Shown here in pieces: positions 25,501-39,100 of a stretch of 64,000 nt of DNA. Position numbers and translations under genes: made by a program. This DNA is from Balanoglossus misakiensis (lineage: Eukaryota > Animalia > Hemichordata). A model generated the notes under the pieces. It did no database searches, was not told the DNA's origin, and saw only the letters and a list, made by a program, of their open reading frames with translations. The stretch covers positions 14,484,550 to 14,548,549 of the forward strand of contig CM082579.2 of NCBI GenBank assembly GCA_040954595.2. Reading direction: 5' to 3'. Numbering within the stretch: the first letter of the stretch is position 1; each line of letters begins with the position of its first letter.

Positions 25501-28500
25501 AAATCTCAAAATTTCGTCGATTTTTGAAAAAAATCATGGGTGAAAATCATCAAAAAATGACAAATTTTCGACTTTGCAGAATCTCAAAATTTCGTCAATT
25601 TTTGAAAAAAATCATGGGAGAAAATCATCAAAAAATGACAAATTTTGAAAAAAAAAACGGGTGAAAATCATCAAAAAATGACACATTTTCCTCTGCAAAA
25701 TCTCAAAATTTCGTCCTTTTTTGAAAAAAAATCATTGGTGAAAATCATCAAAAAATGACAAATTTTCGTTTTTGCAAAAATCTCAAAATTTCGTCCATTT
25801 TTGAAAAAAAATCATGGGTAAAAATCATCAAAAATGACAAATTTTCGTCTTTGCAAAATCTCAAATTTTCGTCGATTTTTGAAAAAAATCATGGGGGAAA
25901 ATCATGAAAAAATGACAAATTTTCCTCTTTGCAAAATCTCAAAATTTCGTCGATTTTTGAAAAAAATCATGGGTGAAAATCATGAAAAAATGACAAATTT
26001 TCCTCTTTGCAAAATCTCAAAATTTCGTTGTTTTTTGAAAAAAAATCATGGGTGAAAATCATCAAAAAATGACAAATTTTCGTCTTTGCAAAATCTCAAA
26101 ATTTCGTCCATTTTTGAAAAAAAATCATGGGTAAAAATCATCAAAAATGACAAATTTTCGTCTTTGCAAAATCTCAAATTTTCGTCGATTTTTGAAAAAA
26201 ATCATGGGGGAAAATCATCAAAAAATGACAAATTTTCGACTTTGCAAAATCTCAAATTTTCGTCGATTTTTGAAAAAAATCATGGGTGAAAATCATGAAA
26301 AAATGACAAATTTTCCTCTTTGCAAAATCTCAAAATTTCGTCGTTTTTTGAAAAAAAATCATGGGTGAAAATCATCAAAAAATGACAAATTTTCGTCTTT
26401 GCAAAATCTCAAAATTTCGTCAATTTTTGAAAAAATCATGGGTGAAAATCATCAAAAAATAACAAATTTTCGTCTTTGCAAAATCTCAAAATTTCGTCCA
26501 TTTAAAAAAAAAAACATGGGGGAAAATCATCAAAAAATGACAAATTTTCGACTTTGCAAAATCTCAAAATTTCGTCGATTTTTGAAAAAAATCATGGGTG
26601 AAAATCATCAAAAAATGACAAATTTTCGACTTTGCAAAATCTCAAAATTTCGTCAATTTTTGAAAAAAATCATTGGAGAAAATCATCAAAAAATGACAAA
26701 TTTTGAAAAAAAAAACGGGTGAAAATCATCAAAAAATGACACATTTTCCTCTGCAAAATCTCAAAATTTCGTCGTTTTTTGAAAAAAAATCATTGGTGAA
26801 AATCATCAAAAAATGACAAATTTTCGTCTTTGCAAAATCTCAAAATTTCGTCCATTTTTGAAAAAAAATCATGGGTAAAAATCATCAAAAATGACAAATT
26901 TTCGTCTTTGCAAAATCTCAAATTTTCGTCTATTTTTGAAAAAAATCATGGGGGAAAATCATGAAAAAATGACAAATTTTCCTCTTTGCAAAATCTCAAA
27001 ATTTCGTCGATTTTTGAAAAAAATCATGGGTGAAAATCATGAAAAAATGACAAATTTTCCTCTTTGCAAAATATCAAAATTTCGTCGTTTTATGAAAAAA
27101 AATCATGGGTGAAAATCATCAAAAAATGACAAATTTTCGACTTTGCAAAATCTCAACATTTCGTCAATTTTTGAAAAAATCATGGGTGAAAATCATCAAA
27201 AAATGACAAATTTTCGACTTTACAAAATCTCAAAATTTCGTCGATTTTTGAAAAAAATCATGGGGGAAAATCATGAAAAAATGACAAATTTTCCTCTCTG
27301 CAAAATCTCAAAATTTCGTCGATTTTTGAAAAAAAACATTGGTGAAAATCATCAAAAAATGACAAATTTTCCTCTTTGCAAAATCTCAAAATTTCGTCGA
27401 TTTTTGAAAAAAAATCATGGTTAAAAATCATCAAAAAATGACAAAATTTTCGACTTTGTAAAATCACAAAATTTCGTCGATTTTGAAAAAAATCATAGGT
27501 TCGTCGATTTTTAAAAAAAAACATGGGTGAAAATCATCAAAAAATGACAAATTTTGAAAAAAAAAACGGGTGAAAATCATCAAAAAATGACACATTTTCC
27601 TCTGCAAAATCTCAAAATTTCGTCGTTTTTTGAAAAAAAATCATTGGTGAAAATCATCAAAAAATGACAAATTTTCGTCTATGCAAAATCTCAAAATTTC
27701 GTCCATTTTTGAAAAAAAATCATGGGGGAAAATCATGAAAAAATGACAAATTTTCCTCTTTGCAAAATCTCAAAATTTCGTCGATTTTTGAAAAAAATCA
27801 TGGGTGAAAATCATGAAAAAATGACAAATTTTCCTCTTTGCAAAATCTCAAAATTTCGTCGTTTTTTGAAAAAAAATCATGGGTGAAAATCATCAAAAAA
27901 TGACAAATTTTCGTCTTTGCAAAATCTCAAAATTTCGTCCATTTTAGAAAAAAAATCATGGGTAAAAATCATCGAAAATGACAAATTTTCGTCTTTGCAA
28001 AATCTCAAATTTTCGTCGATTTTTGAAAAAAATCATGGGGGAAAATCATGAAAAAATGACAAATTTTGAAAAAAAAAACTGGTGAAAATCATCAAAAAAT
28101 GACACATTTACGACTTTGCAAAATCTCAAAATTTCGTCGATTTTTGAAAAAAAATCATGGGTAAAAATCATCAAAAATGACAAATTTTTGTCTTTGCAAA
28201 ATCTCAAATTTTCGTCGATTTTTGAAAAAAAATCATGGTTGAAAATCATCAAAAAATGACAAAATTTTCGACTTTGTAAAATCACAAAATTTCGTCGATT
28301 TTGAAAAAAATCATAGGTTCGTCGATTTTTAAAAAAAAAAACATGGGTGAAAATCATCAAAAAATGACAAATTTTGAAAAAAAACGGGTGAAAATCATCA
28401 AAAAATGACACATTTTCGTCGACTTTGCAAAATCTCAAAATTTCGTCGATTTTTGAAAAAAATCATGGGGGAAAATCATGAAAAAATGACAAATTTTCCT

Positions 28501-28929
28501 CTTTGCAAAATCTCAAAATTTCGTCGATTTTTAAAAAAAGACATGGGTGAAAATCATCAAAAAATAACAAATTTTCGACTTTGCAAAACCTCAAAATTTC
28601 GTCCATTTTTTGAAAAAAAATCATGGGTAAAAATCATCAAAAAATGACAAATTTTCGTCTTTGCAAAATCTCACAATTTCGTCGATTTTTGAAAAAAATC
28701 ATGTGTGAAAATCATCAAAAAATGACAAATTTTCGACTTTGCAAAATCTCAAAATTTCGTCAATTTTTGAAAAAATCATGGGTGAAAATCATCAAAAAAT
28801 AACAAATTTTCGTCTTTGCAAAATCTCAAAATTTCGTCCATTTAAAAAAAAAAACATGGGGGAAAATCATCAAAAAATGACAAATTTTCGACTTTGCAAA
28901 ATCTCAAAATTTCGTCGATTTTTGAAAAA

Positions 28930-30145
28930 AATCATGGGTGAAAATCATCAAAAAATGACAAATTTTCGACTTTACAAAATCTCAAAATTTCGTCGATTTT
29001 TGAAAAAAATCATGGGGGAAAATCATGAAAAAATGACAAATTTTCCTCTCTGCAAAATCTCAAAATTTCGTCGATTTTTGAAAAAAAACATTGGTGAAAA
29101 TCATCAAAAAATGACAAATTTTCCTCTTTGCAAAATCTCAAAATTTCGTCGATTTTTGAAAAAAAATCATGGTTAAAAATCATCAAAAAATGACAAAATT
29201 TTCGACTTTGTAAAATCACAAAATTTCGTCGATTTTGAAAAAAATCATAGGTTCGTCGATTTTTAAAAAAAAAACATGGGTGAAAATCATCAAAAAATGA
29301 CAAATTTTCGACTTTGCAAAATCTCAACATTTCGTCAATTTTTGAAAAAATCATGGGTGAAAATCATCAAAAAATGACAAATTTTCGACTTTACAAAATC
29401 TCAAAATTTCGTCGATTTTTGAAAAAAATCATGGGGGAAAATCATGAAAAAATGACAAATTTTCCTCTCTGCAAAATCTCAAAATTTCGTCGATTTTTGA
29501 AAAAAAACATTGGTGAAAATCATCAAAAAATGACAAATTTTCCTCTTTGCAAAATCTCAAAATTTCGTCGATTTTTGAAAAAAAATCATGGTTAAAAATC
29601 ATCAAAAAATGACAAAATTTTCGACTTTGTAAAATCACAAAATTTCGTCGATTTTGAAAAAAATCATAGGTTCGTCGATTTTTAAAAAAAAAACATGGGT
29701 GAAAATCATCAAAAAATGACAAATTTTCGACTTTGCAAAATCTCAACATTTCGTCAATTTTTGAAAAAATCATGGGTGAAAATCATCAAAAAATGACAAA
29801 TTTTCGACTTTACAAAATCTCAAAATTTCGTCGATTTTTGAAAAAAATCATGGGGGAAAATCATGAAAAAATGACAAATTTTCCTCTCTGCAAAATCTCA
29901 AAATTTCGTCGATTTTTGAAAAAAAACATTGGTGAAAATCATCAAAAAATGACAAATTTTCCTCTTTGCAAAATCTCAAAATTTCGTCGATTTTTGAAAA
30001 AAAATCATGGTTAAAAATCATCAAAAAATGACAAAATTTTCGACTTTGTAAAATCACAAAATTTCGTCGATTTTGAAAAAAATCATAGGTTCGTCGATTT
30101 TTAAAAAAAAAACATGGGTGAAAATCATCAAAAAATGACAAATTT
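28930..30145 (+). repeat. Local higher-order repeat, 419-bp unit in about 3 copies (5 monomers plus a ~28-bp partial unit)
   Basis: The marker TTTACAAAAT occurs at 28971, 29390 and 29809. ORF starts at 29010/29429/29848 and 29314/29733 are 419 bp apart. Confidence 0.9.
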
Positions 30146-33100
30146 TGAAAAAAAAAACGGGTGAAAATCATCAAAAAATGACACATTTTCCTCTGCAAAA
30201 TCTCAAAATTTCGTCGTTTTTTGAAAAAAAATCATTGGTGAAAATCATCAAAAAATGACAAATTTTCGTCTATGCAAAATCTCAAAATTTCGTCCATTTT
30301 TGAAAAAAAATCATGGGGGAAAATCATGAAAAAATGACAAATTTTCCTCTTTGCAAAATCTCAAAATTTCGTCGATTTTTGAAAAAAATCATGGGTGAAA
30401 ATCATGAAAAAATGACAAATTTTCCTCTTTGCAAAATCTCAAAATTTCGTCGTTTTTTGAAAAAAAATCATGGGTGAAAATCATCAAAAAATGACAAATT
30501 TTCGTCTTTGCAAAATCTCAAAATTTCGTCCATTTTAGAAAAAAAATCATGGGTAAAAATCATCGAAAATGACAAATTTTCGTCTTTGCAAAATCTCAAA
30601 TTTTCGTCGATTTTTGAAAAAAATCATGGGGGAAAATCATGAAAAAATGACAAATTTTGAAAAAAAAAACTGGTGAAAATCATCAAAAAATGACACATTT
30701 ACGACTTTGCAAAATCTCAAAATTTCGTCGATTTTTGAAAAAAATCATGGGTGAAAATCATCAAAAAATGACAAATTTTCGACTTTACAAAATCTCAAAA
30801 TTTCGTCGATTTTTGAAAAAAATCATGGGGGAAAATCATGAAAAAATGACAAATTTTCCTCTCTGCAAAATCTCAAAATTTCGTCGATTTTTGAAAAAAA
30901 ACATTGGTGAAAATCATCAAAAAATGACAAATTTTCCTCTTTGCAAAATCTCAAAATTTCGTCGATTTTTGAAAAAAAATCATGGTTAAAAATCATCAAA
31001 AAATGACAAAATTTTCGACTTTGTAAAATCACAAAATTTCGTCGATTTTGAAAAAAATCATAGGTTCGTCGATTTTTAAAAAAAAAACATGGGTGAAAAT
31101 CATCAAAAAATGACAAATTTTGAAAAAAAAAACGGGTGAAAATCATCAAAAAATGACACATTTTCCTCTGCAAAATCTCAAAATTTCGTCGTTTTTTGAA
31201 AAAAAATCATTGGTGAAAATCATCAAAAAATGACAAATTTTCGTCTATGCAAAATCTCAAAATTTCGTCCATTTTTGAAAAAAAATCATGGGGGAAAATC
31301 ATGAAAAAATGACAAATTTTCCTCTTTGCAAAATCTCAAAATTTCGTCGATTTTTGAAAAAAATCATGGGTGAAAATCATGAAAAAATGACAAATTTTCC
31401 TCTTTGCAAAATCTCAAAATTTCGTCGTTTTTTGAAAAAAAATCATGGGTGAAAATCATCAAAAAATGACAAATTTTCGTCTTTGCAAAATCTCAAAATT
31501 TCGTCCATTTTAGAAAAAAAATCATGGGTAAAAATCATCGAAAATGACAAATTTTCGTCTTTGCAAAATCTCAAATTTTCGTCGATTTTTGAAAAAAATC
31601 ATGGGGGAAAATCATGAAAAAATGACAAATTTTGAAAAAAAAAACTGGTGAAAATCATCAAAAAATGACACATTTACGACTTTGCAAAATCTCAAAATTT
31701 CGTCGATTTTTGAAAAAAAATCATGGGTAAAAATCATCAAAAATGACAAATTTTTGTCTTTGCAAAATCTCAAATTTTCGTCGATTTTTGAAAAAAAATC
31801 ATTGTTGAAAATCATCAAAAAATGACAAAATTTTCGACTTTGTAAAATCACAAAATTTCGTCGATTTTGAAAAAAATCATAGGTTCGTCGATTTTTAAAA
31901 AAAAAAACATGGGTGAAAATCATCAAAAAATGACAAATTTTGAAAAAAAACGGGTGAAAATCATCAAAAAATGACACATTTTCGTCGACTTTGCAAAATC
32001 TCAAAATTTCGTCGATTTTTGAAAAAAATCATGGGGGAAAATCATGAAAAAATGACAAATTTTCCTCTTTGCAAAATCTCAAAATTTCGTCGATTTTTAA
32101 AAAAAGACATGGGTGAAAATCATCAAAAAATAACAAATTTTCGACTTTGCAAAACCTCAAAATTTCGTCCATTTTTTGAAAAAAAATCATGGGTAAAAAT
32201 CATCAAAAAATGACAAATTTTCGTCTTTGCAAAATCTCACAATTTCGTCGATTTTTGAAAAAAATCATGTGTGAAAATCATCAAAAAATGACAAATTTTC
32301 GACTTTGCAAAATCTCAAAATTTCGTCAATTTTTGAAAAAATCATGGGTGAAAATCATCAAAAAATAACAAATTTTCGTCTTTGCAAAATCTCAAAATTT
32401 CGTCCATTTAAAAAAAAAAACATGGGGGAAAATCATCAAAAAATGACAAATTTTCGACTTTGCAAAATCTCAAAATTTCGTCGATTTTTGAAAAAAATCA
32501 TGGGTGAAAATCATCAAAAAATGACAAATTTTCGACTTTGCAAAATCTCAAAATTTCGTCAATTTTTGAAAAAAATCATGGGAGAAAATCATCAAAAAAT
32601 GACAAATTTTGAAAAAAAAAACGGGTGAAAATCATCAAAAAATGACAAATTTTCGTCTTTGCAAAATCTCAAAATTTCGTCGTTTTTTGAAAAAAAATCA
32701 TGGGTGAAAATCATCAAAAAATGACAAATTTTCGACTTTGCAAAATCTCAAAATTTCGTCGATTTTTGAAGAAAATCATGGGTGAAAATCATCAAAAAAT
32801 GACAAATTTTCGACTTTGCAAAATCTCAAAATTTTTTCGATTGTTGAAAAAAATCATCGGTGAAAATCATCAAAAAATGACAAATTTTCGACTTTGCAAA
32901 ATCTCAAAATTTTGTTGATTTTTGAAAAAAATCATAGGTGAAAATCATCAAAAAATGACAAATTTTCGACTTTGCAAAATCTCAAAATTTCGTCGATTTT
33001 TGAAGAAAATCATGGGTGAAAATCATCAAAAAATGACAAATTTTGAAAAAAAAACGGGTGAAAATCATCAAAAAATGACACATTTTCGACTTTGCAAAAT

Positions 33101-36100
33101 CTCAAAATTTCGTCAATTTTTGAAAAAAAATCATGGGTGAAAATCATCAAAAAATGACAAATTTTCGTCTTTGCAAAATCTCAAAATTTCGTCCATTTCT
33201 GAAAAAAAATTATGGGTAAAAATCATCAAAAATGACAAATTTTCATCTTTGCAAAATCTCAAATTTTCGTCGATTTTTGAAAAAAAATCATGGTTGAAAA
33301 TCATCAAAAAATGACAAAATTTTCGACTTTGCAAAATCTCAAAATTTGGTCGATTTTTGAAAAAAATCATGGGGGAAAATCATGAAAAAATGACAAATTC
33401 TCCTCTTTGCAAAATCTCAAAATTTCGTCGATTTTTGAAAAAAAATCATGGGTGAAAATCATCAAAAAATGACAAATTTTCGTCTTTGCAAAATCTCAAA
33501 ATTTCGTCCATTTTTGAAAAAAATCACGGGTGAAAATCATCAAAAAATGACAAATTTTCGACTTTGCAAAATCTCAACATTTCGTCAATTTTTGAAAAAA
33601 TCATGGGTGAAAATCATCAAAAAATGACAAATTTTCGACTTTGCAAAATCTCAAAATTTCGTCGATTTTTGAAAAAAATCATGGGGGAAAATCATGAAAA
33701 AATGACAAATTTTCCTCTCTGCAAAATCTCAAAATTTCGTCAATTTTTGAAAAAAAATCATTGGTGAAAATCATCAAAAAATGACAAATTTTCCTCTTTG
33801 CAAAATCTCAAAATTTCGTCGATTTTTGAAAAAAAATCATGGTTAAAAATCATCAAAAAATGACAAAATTTTCGACTTTGTAAAATCACAAAATTTCGTC
33901 GATTTTGAAAAAAATCATAGGTTCGTCGATTTTTAAAAAAAAAACATGGGTGAAAATCATCAAAAAATGACAAATTTTGAAAAAAAAACCGGGTGAAAAT
34001 CATCAAAAAATGACACATTTTCCTCTGCAAAATCTCAAAATTTCGTCGTTTTTTGAAAAAAAATCATTGGTGAAAATCATCAAAAAATGACAAATTTTCG
34101 TCTTTGCAAAATCTCAAAATTTCGTCCATTTTTGAAAAAAAATCATGGGTAAAAATCATCAAAAATGACAAATTTTCGTCTTTGCAAAATCTCAAATTTT
34201 CGTCGATTTTTGAAAAAAATCATGGGTGAAAATCATCAAAAAATGACAAATTTTGAAAAAAAAAACGGGTGAAAATCATCAAAAAATGACACATTTACGA
34301 CTTTGCAAAATCTCAAAATTTCGTCGATTTTTGAAAAAAAACCGGGTGAAAATCATCAAAAAATGACACATTTACGATTTTGCAAAATCTCAAAATTTCG
34401 TCGATTTTTGAAAAAAAACGGGTGAAAATCATCAAAAAATGACACATTTTCCTCTGCAAAATCTCAAAATTTCGTCGTTTTTTGAAAAAAAATCATTGGT
34501 GAAAATCATCAAAAAATGACAAATTTTCGTCTTTGCAAAATCTCAAAATTTCGTCCATTTTTGAAAAAAAATCATGGGTAAAAATCATCAAAAATGACAA
34601 ATTTTCGTCTTTGCAAAATCTCAAATTTTCGTCGATTTTTGAAAAAAATCATGGGTGAAAATCATCAAAAAATGACAAATTTTGAAAAAAAAACGGGTGA
34701 AAATCATCAAAAAATGACACATTTAAGACTTTGCAAAATCTCAAAATTTCGTCGATTTTTGAAAAAAAACCGGGTGAAAATCATCAAAAAATGACACATT
34801 TACGACTTTGCAAAATCTCAAAATTTCGTCGATTTTTGAAAAAAAATCATGGGTGAAAATCATCAAAAAATGACAAATTTTCGATTTTGCAAAATCTCAA
34901 AATTTCGTCGATTTTTGAAAAAAAACGGGTGAAAATCATCAAAAAATGACACATTTTCGTCGACTTTGCAAAATCTCAAAATTTCGTCGATTTTTGAAAA
35001 AAATCATGGGGGAAAATCATGAAAAAAATGACAAATTTTCCTCTTTGCAAAATCTCAAAATTTCGTCGATTTTTAAAAAAAAGACATGGGTGAAAATCAT
35101 CAAAAAATAACAAATTTTCGACTTTGCAAAATCTCAAAATTTCGTCCATTTTTGAAAAAAAAATCATGGGTAAAAATCATCAAAAAATGACAAATTTTGA
35201 AAAAAAAACGGGTGAAAATCATCAAAAAATGACACATTTTCGACTTTGCAAAATCTCAAAATTTCGTCAATTTTTGAAAAAAAATCATCGGTGAAAATCA
35301 TCAAAAAATGACAAATTTTCGTCTTTGCAAAATCTCAAAATTTCGTCCATTTCTGAAAAAAAATTATGGGTAAAAATCATCAAAAATGACAAATTTTCAT
35401 CTTTGCAAAATCTCAAATTTTCGTCGATTTTTGAAAAAAAATCATGGTTGAAAATCATCAAAAAATGACAAAATTTTCGACTTTGCAAAATCTCAAAATT
35501 TGGTTTTTTGAAAAAAATCACGGGTGAAAATCATCAAAAAATGACAAATTTTCGACTTTGCAAAATCTCAACATTTCGTCAATTTTTGAAAAAATCATGG
35601 GTGAAAATCATCAAAAAATGACAAATTTTCGACTTTGCAAAATCTCAAAATTTCGTCGATTTTTGAAAAAAATCATGGGGGAAAATCATGAAAAAATGAC
35701 AAATTTTCCTCTCTGCAAAATCTCAAAATTCGTCGATTTTTGAAAAAAAATCATTGGTGAAAATCATCAAAAAATGACAAATTTTCCTCTTTGCAAAATC
35801 TCAAAATTTCGTCGATTTTTGAAAAAAAATCATGGTTAAAAATCATCAAAAAATGACAAAATTTTCGACTTTGTAAAATCACAAAATTTCGTCGATTTTG
35901 AAAAAAATCATAGGTTCGTCGATTTTTAAAAAAAAAACATGGGTGAAAATCATCAAAAAATGACAAATTTTGAAAAAAAAAACGGGTGAAAATCATCAAA
36001 AAATGACACATTTTCCTCTGCAAAATCTCAAAATTTCGTCGTTTTTTGAAAAAAAATCATGGGTAAAAATCATCAAAAATGACAAATTTTCCTCTTTGCA

Positions 36101-39100
36101 AAATCTCAAAATTTCGTCGATTTTTGAAAAAAATCATGGGTGAAAATCATGAAAAAATGACAAATTTTCCTCTTTGCAAAATCTCAAAATTTCGTCGTTT
36201 TTTGAAAAAAAATCATGGGTGAAAATCATCAAAAAATGACAAATTTTCGTCTTTGCAAAATCTCAAAATTTCGTCCATTTTAGAAAAAAAATCATGGGTA
36301 AAAATCATCGAAAATGACAAATTTTCGTCTTTGCAAAATCTCAAATTTTCGTCGATTTTTGAAAAAAATCATGGGGGAAAATCATGAAAAAATGACAAAT
36401 TTTGAAAAAAAAACTGGTGAAAATCATCAAAAAATGACACATTTACGACTTTGCAAAATCTCAAAATTTCGTCGATTTTTGAAAAAAAATCATGGGTGAA
36501 AATCATCAAAAAATGACAAATTTTCGTCTTTGCAAAATCTCAAAATTTCGTCCATTTTTGAAAAAAAATCATGGGTAAAAATCATCAAAAATGACAAATT
36601 TTCGTCTTTGCAAAATCTCAAATTTTCGTCGATTTTTGAAAAAAAATCATGGTTGAAAATCATCAAAAAATGACAAAATTTTCGACTTTGTAAAATCACA
36701 AATTTCGTCGATTTTTGAAAAAAATCATGGGGGAAAATCATGAAAAAATGACAAATTTTCCTCTTTGCAAAATCTCAAAATTTCGTCCATTTTTGAAAAA
36801 AAATCATGGGTAAAAATCATCAAAAATGACAAATTTTTGTCTTTGCAAAATCTCAAATTTTCGTCGATTTTTGAAAAAAAATCATGGTTGAAAATCATCA
36901 AAAAATGACAAAATTTTCGACTTTGTAAAATCACAAAATTTCGTCGATTTTGAAAAAAATCATAGGTTCGTCGATTTTTTTAAAAAAAAACATGGGTGAA
37001 AATCATCAAAAAATGACAAATTTTGAAAAAAAACGGGTGAAAATCATCAAAAAATGACACATTTTCGTCGACTTTGCAAAATCTCAAAATTTCGTCGATT
37101 TTTGAAAAAAATCATGGGGGAAAATCATGAAAAAATGACAAATTTTCCTCTTTGCAAAATCTCAAAATTTCGTCGATTTTTAAAAAAAGACATGGGTGAA
37201 AATCATCAAAAAATAACAAATTTTCGACTTTGCAAAACCTCAAAATTTCGTCCATTTTTGAAAAAAAATCATGGGTAAAAATCATCAAAAAATGACAAAT
37301 TTTCGTCTTTGCAAAATCTCACAATTTCGTCGATTTTTGAAAAAAATCATGTGTGAAAATCATCAAAAAATGACAAATTTTCGACTTTGCAAAATCTCAA
37401 AATTTCGTCAATTTTTGAAAAAATCATGGGTGAAAATCATCAAAAAATAACAAATTTTCGTCTTTGCAAAATCTCAAAATTTCGTCCATTTAAAAAAAAA
37501 AACATGGGGGAAAATCATCAAAAAATGACAAATTTTCGACTTTGCAAAATCTCACAATTTCGTCGATTTTTGAAAAAAATCATGGGTGAAAATCATCAAA
37601 AAATGACAAATTTTCGACTTTGCAAAATCTCAAAATTTCGTCAATTTTTGAAAAAAATCATGGGAGAAAATCATCAAAAAATGACGAATTTTCCTCTGCA
37701 AAATCTCAAAATTTCGTCGTTTTTTGAAAAAAAATCATTGGTGAAAATCATCAAAAAATGACAAATTTTCGTCTTTGCAAAATCTCAAAATTTCGTCCAT
37801 TTTTGAAAAAAAATCATGGGTAAAAATCATCAAAAATGACAAATTTTCGTCTTTGCAAAATCTCAAATTTTCGTCGATTTTTGAAAAAAAATCATGGGGG
37901 AAAATCATCAAAAAATGACAAATTTTGAAAAAAAAAAAAACGGGTGAAAATCATAAAAAAATGACACATTTTCCTCTGCAAAATCTCAAAATTTCGTCGA
38001 TTTTTGAAAAAAAATCATGGTTTAAAATCATCAAAAAATGACAAAATTTTCGACTTTGCAAAATCTCAAAATTTGGTCGATTTTTGAAAAAAATCATGGG
38101 GGAAAATCATGAAAAAATGACAAATTCTCCTCTTTGCAAAATCTCAACATTTCGTCAATTTTTGAAAAAATCATGGGTGAAAATCATCAAAAAATGACAA
38201 ATTTTCGACTTTGCAAAATCTCAAAATTTCGTCGATTTTTGAAAAAAATCATGGGTAAAAATCATCAAAAATGACAAATTTTCATCTTTGCAAAATCTCA
38301 AATTTTCGTCGATTTTTGAAAAAAAATCATGGTTGAAAATCATTAAAAAATGACAAAATTTTCGACTTTGCAAAATCTCAAAATTTGGTCGATTTTTGAA
38401 AAAAATCATGGGGGAAAATCATGAAAAAATGACAAATTCTCCTCTTTGCAAAATCTCAAAATTTCGTCGATTTTTGAAAAAAAATCATGGGTGAAAATCA
38501 TCAAAAAATGACAAATTTTCGTCTTTGCAAAATCTCAAAATTTCGTCGATTTTTGAAAAAAATCACGGGTGAAAATCATCAAAAAATGACAAATTTTCGA
38601 CTTTGCAAAATCTCAACATTTCGTCAATTTTTGAAAAAATCATGGGTGAAAATCATCAAAAAATGACAAATTTTCGACTTTGCAAAATCTCAAAATTTCG
38701 TCGATTTTTGAAAAAAATCATGGGGGAAAATCATGAAAAAATGACAAATTTTCCTCTCTGCAAAATCTCAAAATTTCGTCGATTTTTGAAAAAAAATCAT
38801 TGGTGAAAATCATCAAAAAATGACAAATTTTCCTCTTTGCAAAATCTCAAAATTTCGTCGATATTTGAAAAAAAATCATGGTTAAAAATCATCAAAAAAT
38901 GACAAAATTTTCGACTTTGTAAAATCACAAAATTTCGTCGATTTTGAAAAAAATCATAGGTTCGTCGATTTTTAAAAAAAAAACATGGATGAAAATCATC
39001 AAAAAATGACAAATTTTGAAAAAAAAAACGGGTGAAAATCATCAAAAAATGACACATTTTCCTCTGCAAAATCTCAAAATTTCGTCGTTTTTTGAAAAAA

